Shown here piece after piece: positions 14,118-25,800 of a DNA stretch of 64,000 nt. The notes under the pieces were generated by a model that worked only from the letters and a program-made list of their open reading frames with translations, ran no database searches and had not been told where the DNA came from. Position numbers and translations under genes: made by a program. Origin of the DNA: Tubiluchus corallicola (Eukaryota > Animalia > Priapulida); assembly GCA_030141605.1 (NCBI GenBank), contig JAQGDQ010000021.1:558001-622000 (forward strand), given 5' to 3'. Position 1 is the stretch's first letter, and every line of letters starts with the position of its first letter.

Positions 14118-17100
14118 TTTTCACCAGCAATTGTGTTATATAATAGTAACAGTTGTTGAAAGCAGTTATAAATTGTTGCAAATGCAAAAATCATATCTCA
14201 CAGAGTTAATTTACAATGGAAAATCGGTGAATTATAATTATACATTATTACAATACAAGCTTCATTTAGAGAACAAAAAAATTGTCACAGTAATATCAGC
14301 ATAGTAACAATAAACTGATACTTAAGTACACAACTTGTGCCCTGGGGCAGTAACTACTTAAAATCAAACAAAGGCAGTTTTTTATTCTAAAAGTTCTAAC
14401 AAATTAGTTTAACTCATCAAATACAGTATGTTGTAAAACATATTCTTTACCTAATCAGATTTTCAAAGGTCAGGCAGTCTCATCTTCAAAACCTATGTGT
14501 GTAAGCACTAATCAACCATAGTCTACAAACATTTTTCTACTTTTTCGAAGACCCAAATATTTAATGAACAGCTGTAAATACGCATTCTACAGGGAAGGTT
14601 TACTTTGATTCAAAACCCATTAAGCAAACATTACTACAGCAAAAAGCCAACAGGGTGTAATTTAGTAACATTTTGTAATTTTGTTATAAAGGTCATCTGT
14701 TCATTACTGCATTTCATTATTTCATGGAACTGTTTATCATTCTTACTAAATACCAAACTTTATAAAATACCAAGGCATCTCATGTCTCTTCTATCAAGAC
14801 TGGCTACTGAGGTGCTATCAAAGAGTGAGAGGAATAATGGGTTCATGTTATATTTTTTAAATAGACTGTCCCAACTTCCTACTACAAAATAAAACAAAAC
14901 GTGTGGCAACTGAATTTTCTTCTAAAAAGTTCTTCAACTTTTCTGTAAGCTTTTAGTCTCAATTCCTTAGCTTGCAAAAACAACGGCTACAGAAACTGTG
15001 AATAACAGTGGGGGGAGGCAATGATAGCAAAATTGCCAAAGTCGTTTGTGCTCAGGCACAAAATTAATGCAAAACAGCTTTTGTATTTTAAATAGATCAA
15101 TGAAAAAGAAAATTATGAGAGGATTAAAATTATTTTGGAGCTCAACTGTTTGACCTGTTTTAGTGAAATTGTATAAAAAAGTTAGTAGTAGAAAGGGGGT
15201 TCATGGAACAAGGTACTATTGTTATAGTGTACAAATTTTTGCAACAGTAATGAAGTGTCGACAAACTTGTACACTGAAACAATAAAAAGCTTCATGCCAT
15301 GATAGATAAATGTTACTCATACCATCTAATTTCTTGCTTGGCTGTAAGACTGAGCCATATTATAGCACGATGTAAATTAGATGATAGAATAACTAAGCTT
15401 ATCTAGATAGCATTGACTAAACTAATGTTAATACGACCAATTTATTGTTGTAATTCGTAAAACAAAATTCCCTATCCTTTTTGCCTGTAGGCACTTTAAA
15501 CTGCCCGTGCACGTACCTGTGCATGAGAAATGCCAAAGCTAATCCTCAGCTAACAAAAATGTAAAAAGCCAAGAAAGACAAACTTCTTTCTTTGCATTTT
15601 ACTTTTTTCTTGACTGAAGAACAAAAATATTTATTATAGTCTGCAAATACTCCATTTCACTTGGATGAAAAGGCAGAGATAGACAGGAAGTAACAAATAA
15701 AGGTGAGCGAAATATCACCTTACCAATACACTGCTGAAAAGAAGCTAGCTAAATTAGAACTCAGTGCTGAAGCATTTTAGTCCATTGCAATGTCGCCACT
15801 GAATGGAACATCAATTTATAAATTCAGATGTCGATGCATAAATAACAATGAACCAGTCCAAAATGCCTCAACACTGGATGAGAAATCTGAAAGCATCATT
15901 TGTCTTCTAGTGGTAGCTATAGTAACTCAAGTGAACTGAATTGATTCTTTTGGCACTTGCTTAGCAAAGTGATTACAAGACTTATATGCTAACATCCAGA
16001 TTAAAGATGACAACAATGTTCGGTCTAAAAGTATCAAATGTAATCTACATATTAGCATATGAGAAATGCAATGACTTTACTAGCCTTAGATGCATGAATC
16101 AATTAGATTATTATTGCATCCTAAACATGCTCCTAAAACTTCTTAATTATAATAATTGAGTCAGTCATGGGGTAATTAGTAAATTTATAAAACTAAGAAA
16201 ATAAGCTTATCTAAAACTTCTCTTAAGGAAGGAGAATACGAACAGCAAAGCTTGAATCTAGATTGGGTTTTAGTTTTAATGGACCAAGTTAAACTTTTCA
16301 GCAGATCAGGTTTGTTTTCGCCACAAAACGTAAGAGCAAACTGTTTGCAATGCAACAAAAATGAATTTGAAATATAGAACAGTAACAAGTTATGACAGGA
16401 AACTGGCCAAAAAACGTGTTCCAATTGTTTAAAAATGGAAAAATAAGGAACAAAAAACAAGGTATGACAATAACATCATTCCAAATGTAGTCATTATATC
16501 TGTGTTGCCGATTCTAGGATTCTTGGGGCTTGAAAGGTAGGCTAAATTAGTACTTCAGTGTTGTAGCAGGGTAAGGGAGACACTAGTTAAGAATCTCATA
16601 GGATGTGTAGTAACTGCCAACACTGCAGAGAAATCTCTGCAAATAAATGCAGTCTGTTGTGGAAGATTAAAAAAGCAACACCATGACTACATATCACCTT
16701 TCAATCTGACATACCACATGTTGGATAACAGCTTTTGGAAAAACAAGTGGGAACACAAAAAACAAATGAATATGGACAATACTTGATATTACAGCAATCT
16801 ATAATATTTACCAAATTTAAAAAAAAATTAAAAACGCAATTAAGAACCATTTTTGTCGCGATACAAATAGTTTTCTTAACACTTTGTGTTTTTTTACTTG
16901 GATTTTGAGGACTACCATACAAACTTATGGTAATTTCTCACTCTTTGACAGCAGCCACCAAATGTTTGCAATACTAATTAAATTGACGGATTTTTAAAGT
17001 AACTATTTCAATAGACCATTTCAAGGTACACCAACTTTCTGGACAAATATTTAAGTGAAATTTAGGAAGGTGTGCTTTTTTTCAAATGAAATAAAGGCCA

Positions 17101-18902
17101 ACAGTCCATATGAGTAAGACAACTACATGCAGTTTACACACTTGGGCTGCTGATCTTTATATCATTGAGCCAGCATTCTTACACCATGTCCTTATATTAC
17201 TATTTTCCATAGCACAGTCCATAGTAAAGTTGTGCAAAACTTTAGTATAAGAATAACTCAGAATAATGGCTTGGTGCCTACAACCTATAACACATTCTAA
17301 TAGCGACATAATAAATAATACTTGTTTATAACTGATGCAAAATTGAACCAAAATGCCAGATAACTGAAAATTTAGCAAATACATCTGGCTACGTTGGTTA
17401 ACATTTGAATGAATTACAATTATTACTTGTGTAATTTCATACTTTTTAAAGTTCTAAAAAACAATACCGTACACTTTAGGTCATGGGTCATAGGACTGCA
17501 ACCACTCAAAATTTCCTACAATCTAGATTCCCAAATTCACTAGGGACACATACACAATACCATAACACTTTAGGTTGTAGTCTTTAACCAGAAGCAAAAC
17601 AAAATTTAGCTAAATGCAACAATAAATTCACTAGGAATTCGCTATTTACAACGAGTATGGAAATTCTGAAAATTACAAATTTTCACATTTGGTTGCAGTA
17701 CAGTACAATAATATAATACAATACAACAATACCACACCTTGCTGAATGATAAGCCTCCAATAAACTGGAACTAAAAATGCAAATATACATTCTGCATGGA
17801 GAAAATGTAGATAAATTGAAGGAAAACTATTTCTGATACTGTGGAGAATCATGGGGATAGTTACAATGGAAAAATGCAAAAAATAAAGCAAAGGCCAGAT
17901 AAAATTCAACCAGAAAGCAAGGACAGATGCTGTCGTTCAAAGGGAATGGGGAAAAGAACATGAACAATAATTATAATATGCACAGAGTGAAATGCAAATT
18001 TCCAAAATTGCGATTCTTAAAAATCTGAATGAGAAAAACGCACAAATGTTATAAATCCAACACCACAAGTTTAAGCAGGACCTCAACTGCTCTTTAGTAG
18101 TTATTATCAGACTAAAATAGTTAAAAATTAGGATAATTAGGCTAATCCTGACTACTAACAAGCAGTTGTGATTTTGCTTTTCTTGTATATGTAAACAAAT
18201 TTTTAGTGCATGATTCATAACAGATACTATGGTGAGACATTATCAAGATAAAATCATTTAAAATGAAACAAGTGAAGAAATCTGTGGGCAATTTTAGCAA
18301 CCAATAAGTTTATAGAAAAAACAGCACCAACCACTGGCCAATTGAGATTTAGCAGAATAAATCTAGATGGGGCTTGTGTTCAAAAATAATTAGATTTAGT
18401 GTTGTGGCGAATTCACTTAATAAGTTCCACTGGAAAACAGTGCTTGTAGAGACTTGAGATTGTTTAATTCACCAGCTCAGTACATATACCTAATGGATAA
18501 TGAAACTAACATTTTTGGGTTAGACTTAGGAGTAGCTTTAGGACATCCCATTCTTCAAGATATAGATTGGGGAATGTTTGTCTTCAAAGATAAAAGACCA
18601 GATTCATTACATCATTTGTTTTGAGGAATCAGGACAAATTTTAGTGATTTTTTTACTAATTAGAACTAGACAAAGTTTGTATCAATAGGAAAGAAATAAC
18701 AAAATATTACAATTTTTCTTCAACGCACATCAATTCCATTAAACGAAGCTCCAGAAATTTCAGAAATAGTCCAATTACAAGGTGGAACAGTCGATCATGA
18801 AGACTGTATACAGACCAAATCAATTAAAAAAAACTTAATTGTAAAATAAAAGTCACACAAATGTCAAGGCTATGTAATACACAAAAACAAAATTCACTCT
18901 TG

Positions 18903-19060
18903 CACAAACAGACACACACACACACACACACAAACACTCACACATGCATGCGCACACAACAAACACATATATATGCACACACAAAGTGCCAAAGCAGAAA
19001 CATATTTATGTACATCACGCACACGCACGCAAACACCCAACCACCCACACACCACACACA

Positions 19061-19146
<86 letters not shown>

Positions 19147-19224
19147 CTCACGCATACATGCACACACAAGAAACACATATATATGCACACACAGTGTAAA
19201 GCAGAAACATACTTATGTACATCA
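18903..19224. repeat. (CA)n microsatellite within a ~210-bp tandem duplication
   Basis: Pure CA run of about 30 units near 19065-19129. The block AAACACATATATATGCACACACA...AAAGCAGAAACATA.TTATGTACATCA occurs at 18961-19017 and 19171-19224. Confidence 0.95.
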
Positions 19225-19861
19225 ATGTAGCGCATAATGCTAAAACAAAGCTCATAAAAAATTTAAAAAAGAAAAAGAAACTGAATTGAAAATGGACAAG
19301 AATAATTTTCTTACAAACAATTTAACATGGGGAATTCTTTCTTTCATTTACATAAACTGCTACTCAAAAATGGTGGTAAGCTTCAAATAGTATAATGGAG
19401 AAATAGACTGAAAAGGACAGGAACAAAAATAGTGTTATTCAATTATTCACTTAAAGATCAAATGAGTTGCATTGCAAATTAAAAGTAGAGGGGGTATAAT
19501 TGAGATATTTTGCACAATTTTTGGACCAAGAATAAAGTTTAAATGTGAGAAGCTAGAAACTGCCAGGTAATTGACTGTATACTAAATAAAATGGACAAAT
19601 TATCAACTCCTGAAGTTTACAAGATAAAAATACAATTATACACTAATGGTTTCCTTACAAACACGGAACCATATTACAACATAAACTGAAAGTTTCGTTA
19701 CTAATAAGCTTTACAAAGGAAAACACATTTCAAAATATGTATCAAAAACTGCATTGTCACAAAGAGCTACATGAAGAGCTCATTATAGTGCAACTTACAT
19801 TTTACTATTCTAACGATTCTTTAAGAAAGCAGCAATCTAGCTAATCAGTTTGTGATGGCTG

Positions 19862-22800
19862 CTACTGCTGAAATGCTTCAGGTGGAATGCTTCCACTGCG
19901 ATTCAGCTCCGTGAAAACTCGTCCCGCTCGCTCGTAGTTCCATTCATTCTCTAACAAACACCTGAAACAAAAAAAGAAAATAACACTTGAAGCTGCAACG
20001 GGGCTCAAGCGCTGCACTAGCTGGTTTCACACTCACTTTGCACTAACATTCAGAATTCATTCTAACTTGTCTAAGTCAGTAAAACTTTTCTCAATTCACT
20101 AAAATATTAGAATATTTTAGTTTCATAACTAAAATAGTCACATTCATAACAGTATGATAGCATTTGTGGTCTATAATTTTACTAAATGCATACTTGGTAG
20201 ACCATTCTTCATTCATAGAAGAATCAATCATAAACTGTCGGACCATGGCTGCACGTTGTTCCTGTGGTGGAGGTGTTAATGTCATGGCCCCTAATGGAGT
20301 TGAAAGAGGTTCTACTGATGATGATGGTCCAGCAACTGGTGATGTCACTTCTGAGTTACTTGACGTCTGGGAATGAATCGGACTAGATGACGGTGTAGGA
20401 GCTGCAGACACAAATGATGTCTGGAAAAAACATTTATGAAAACTTACAAAAACATGCACAGACTAGGCTATTACAGCATAAAAAGTTCAGATAATAGATA
20501 GCCAAGTCTCGTGGAAAATGCTTGCAAAATAAACTAAAGCTGAACAGTGTGCGCACATAATTTAAATTGAGTAAATAAAATAAGTTCTGAGACTTTGCAT
20601 AATTCTAAATGCTTTTTAAATGTTTTCTTTGAACTGAAGTTCTTGATCTGATCACCAGGTGCTTAACAGTAAGTTTACATGTATAAGCAAGTCGCAAATC
20701 GTTACAAAAATAGGAGTAAATAACTGCAAATTGCCAAAAAAGCTCACAAAGCTTACCTTTATCTGTTCGACCGTTGCACTGTTTATAGTTAGTTGCTCAT
20801 TTACTATACAAATTCTGTAAAGACAAAAAAATAAACGACCAGTAACAAGAAAAGTAAACAAGGTTTACCACATTTTAATAAAGTGTTTGCACAAGCAACC
20901 ATGTCACGGACAATTTGCACGTTCAATATGCCAGGCCAACATGCAAATTTCTGTGAAAAACAATAAAATATGAGCAAAATAAAACATACTTAAACTAACT
21001 TAATTTTGTAAACTCCAATCCATATACCTATTGTACCTTACTAATCATGCAGTACATGAAGCATAATCTGACTTAAACTAGCAAGTAAAAAGTGACGAAA
21101 GCTAAAAAACAAATGCCAAAATATATTCTGTTACATGGCACCACTCACGCACAAATAAATTCTATTTCATGGGCAATTTCACATATTGTTCATAAATAAG
21201 GATTCCGAAGTTCAGTAAAAGGCGTAAAATGTGCATTCAGTCTGGTGGATGAGTTAGATGACTTTCAATTTTCAAACCGCCCAACAGACAATTACAACAT
21301 TTCACAGAGATTACTGTTTCACTGCTTGACCCACCAATAGCTCCGGGGAAAAAACCTGCCACTTGTAAAAACCATAAATCACACATCACAAACTCCCCAG
21401 AACAGACAATGCAAAATGTTTAAAGCTCATTTACTCACCCCTCACCAACTGGGACTACTATAAAACATCTACTGAAAGCTCTAATAGGAGGATTAGATGG
21501 CCTGTCTGGCTCCTTGAAAACTCCCGTTACAGTAAAGCTTAACATCTGAGGCTGAAAATATATACAGTTATTAGTATTGCACAGTATCGGAAATAACTTT
21601 AAAAAGAAAATAAAGGCAACAATCACCAATGTTAGATAATTTGATGCAGTACCGATTAAACACATTAGTTTCTGTAAGGTTTAATTATACTTTCATTGCA
21701 ATGATTAAGTGATTATATAAGAAAAACCATAAAGCAGCTAAGAAACTTACCTTAGTCATAACACATTTCAGTTGGGATTAAAAACCTATGCCATGACAAT
21801 TAAAAAGAAACAGCGGTAAATCATAGAAGAGGCTAAGCTAAGATTACTTACTGAACAAAGGGATACATCGACAGAGAATGAGTTTGGATCATGTTGGGTT
21901 TTTGGCAGTTCCGATAAAAAAGAGACGATCCTTATTCGTCCTTGCTTTAATAATTTTGCTCTACGTTCTATATCAGGAACACGATGCAAATTACGACTAA
22001 GGCTCAAATAGTCGCCAATAAAAGATCCCCTACATAGATAAAAACATTTGCTAAAAAGCAAGATTAAGTAAAGGAACAGGCAGACTTTAACCATTGTTTA
22101 ATTCAACTGATTCAAGAAAAGTTTTATATGCAACTTCTTCAACATTTGTGATTATAAATATTCAATTGCAAATAAGCAAAGAAACCATACACCCTTCAAC
22201 ATTACAATTCAAATTTTAATTCAACTAAAAGCCTTTTTCAATTTGTTTAATTTCAAAATCAAAATGCCAAATAATGACCATTTATAAATAACTACGAGAT
22301 GATTTACACCAACTGACAAGATAGGGTAGTATCATAAAAAACCAAAGCTGATGCACAAAAATACATGTATCTTTGAGTCTCTCTACATACTTTTAATGAC
22401 AACCCTACACTTTTTTGTCACCAATTGTGCAACAAAATAAATGAACTATGGTATAAGGTAGAAGTTAGGGTACATTTTTCATCAGTTAGTAAGGATGCAG
22501 GTACTAAACAAAGTGAGGTAATTCGCCAATGTTCATCGCCGTCCATTTTGAGAGAATATAAACATAAAAAGAACATTGCTGATTGTTCTGACATCTACAT
22601 GGGTTAAATTATAAAGGCCTTTTATATTACATGAAAGATTTGATAGTGCAAATATGGTAAGTGTAACGAAAGAAGTTATACTCAATCTGACATTAGCTTC
22701 ACCATACATAGAAAAGCAAAACAAAACTATAGCAATTAAATTACTAAGCACACAATTATGTAACAATTCCAAACGTACAACATTAAAACTTACGCCAATT

Positions 22801-25800
22801 ATCAATTCTAATTATATTCATATAGGCTCACCTAGCAGATTTTAAAACAGAAAGAGAAAAGAATGCATTTTCATGATATGCATTCAGTAGTGACTGTCTA
22901 TCTTCTGAATCATAGACACCAAAATACTCCTCCAGAAATCTTAAAACTAGAGTCTTTACATCGTCATTAGTAAAATGACTCTCCTGAAAAATGTCAAAGT
23001 TTCAATACTGAGTAATTATGCAAGTATACAAATTCAATAGTTTGCTGAATTACACACAGTCAATTCGACAGTTAACAGTTCATGCAAACAGCCTTCCATA
23101 TGCAAATTGTGCATATCTTGCTAAATGCAACTTACTTGACTTTTAGGTATCGATATTGTATCATCCAAGTCGAAACCGATGGGTGGTGGTAAATCTATAC
23201 CATCCTGGAAATGAAAGAATAGTTAGTGAATAGCCACTGACTAGTATTGCACAGAAAAAAGATTTCTGGCTTCAAAAGCTCAAATCCTATTCAGGAAATA
23301 GATCAGAGATTTTCAACATTTGCTGTAAAGTGTTAATTAACAAAAGCACTGAACCTAATCAACATAATTAACAAACCTAACAATTGCAAGGCATAACGAA
23401 TAACAGTGCATACATGTTGACATATAACTAGTACTTTTACAATAAAAGATTTAGAGTTTACACACAAAATATGGAATATCAAACGAAGTATGAAAGGAAG
23501 AACATTAATGTACTTACAAGCTTGGTAACTTTGGGAAATCTTTTCCGTATTGTACTGAAAAAACCAAGTGAGCAAAACAACCAAAATGTAATTATTAAAG
23601 TGTAATCAAACACTGGATTAACACAAGATAGATTGTCCCGTTGTTTCTAAAACGAAACATTTTAGGATCAAATGAGGTTTCACAGACAAAAAGTAAGAAT
23701 TGTATCCCCATGCAATATCTTCCATTTAAACCGTTTCTTATAATTGACTGTACAACTTTGAGCAGTATTGGAAGTAAAATAAGTGAATAGCTTGCATTAA
23801 AGCATCAATGTCAGTAAGTAATACTTATACGCCATAGAAGTTGATAAGCATGCAGGTAATGTTTGCAAAACTTTTCTACAAATACATAATAGTCAGCAGA
23901 AACAGTCAAGGTCCAGAATTAGCAGCACCATTAGAAACAAAGGGTTCAGTAATGCAGCCAGCATGGAATAACATCTATTTTGAGTTGCAGATAAACTGTT
24001 CAAGAAGTGCAGTAGTAAGTTCTGTAGATAATCTTGAACATTACGATATTATTGTCCTATGCTATGCGAAATGCAAAAGTTCTGGCTAGTCATACCTCCA
24101 AGTTATTATACGTACCTGCCACACCGATGAGAGCTAATGAACAGCGCAAACACTACTCTACATAAGCTGAAATTACTAGATCAAAATTCAAAATTCTCAA
24201 AAAAGGTCACTTATCAAGAGCATCAACAAATTCTAACGAAGTCATTACTAATCAGCAAAGTTCACAACAACGACTTGCTGCATTTTATTTATAATAAACA
24301 AGTTTTTAAAATGCTGGTTTTCAAGAACATCGACTTGCATATCCAAAGTAACAGCATCACAGCTTACATTGATAAAGACCTGCCACCATATAAAGAAAGA
24401 CTCAGTTGCCATACCTGATGTATGTCCGTTGATCCTTAAATCGATCACAAAGCGGATTCTTTTCTAGAATTAGTTCCTTTAACGGCAGTCCTTTAATCCA
24501 ATCCAATTCCATATCAGATCTAATCTGCAATAAAATTTTGCAATGTACCAATCAAAAGTACAATGCATCCAGACCCTACTGAACTAATATAGAAGAATTA
24601 GCTATATAAAAGGGCTTAAAAAATTCTGACACCCTTGTAGCAAAACAGCTCTTTTAAACTCAGCCTAGGCCAAATATACACTCAGCAATTCACACATGAG
24701 GTTCAAAGGCAAAGCAAGTATCAGCGACACCATAGGAAGTACAACTAACATTTCTGGAAAAAAACAAGTACTTTGTTGCTAATTACTAAATCATTAAGAC
24801 ATTGTTACAAAGAAATTCATAATTTCATAACCCAAAAAGACAATTATTAAGGATAATTCATAATTTTGCTAACCAAATTGCCACCCAAGTTTAGTCCAAT
24901 TAAATTCGTTACATCCTTTTTCTTCAATAGTGAAAGAGGGTCTAGGGTAGTGATCCTGTTTTTACTCAAGTCTAATGCCAGCACGTGCGGAATATTGTCT
25001 TTCATAATGTCCACAACTAAACTCATCATCTTGATGTTGTTCAAAGGCACGTGTAATCCAGCATTTCGCAAGTCTGCAATGAAATAAAAAAAGAAACAGT
25101 TTAATTGTTGTGTATTTCGGTAAAACAAGATTCAGTTATAAACCTTTTACCGTATATACGTGTGTACAAGTCGACCTTATATACAAGTCGATGTGCATTT
25201 TAAGACCAAAAATTGCATCATTTTATATATTACCCGTGTGCAAGTCGACCATAAAATATTAAGATCTTGATATGATGCAATTAAGTCTTGTGGTTCATCG
25301 CCTTCCCATTTGAAGAAAAAAATAATTTACTAAAATTAATACCTCTACGTAGTTGTGTTTTATATATGCGTGCATGCCAGTAATCAATATTTTGCCAATA
25401 AAACACGCATATACAAGGCCAGTGTAAAAGTAAAAAATAAATAAATCAACAAAACTAACGTACCCGAATCATTGGCAAAATCGCTAAGATTTAAAGCATG
25501 CGTGTCAGTATCATATCTGCCACTCATAGCTTGCTTTATTGCAAGTTTTAGACTATCACTCGGATTTTGAACTGGTGGTGGAGACGGGTACTTCTTTATA
25601 TGCATCTGTAACAACAAAATGTTCACAGATAAGAAGTGAAATAGATTTCAATCCTGACAAAATGACATGTTTCAGCAGTTGAAAAGGAAACTGAGACAAT
25701 GTTAATCATAACATTACCTTTTCTTGACAAATTGACTGTCAAATGCATAATTGGTATATAACTGTGATTAAATTTTGCAATTTTTTTGTACAATTATAAA

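Noticed and set aside
18861-19237. Five overlapping ORFs rich in His-Thr or Val-Cys
   Set aside because: They are translations of the (CA)n microsatellite.
22870-22920. C/D-box-like motifs and a TGTCTAT/ATAGACA hairpin suggesting a snoRNA
   Set aside because: Lies inside NXF1 coding exon 12.
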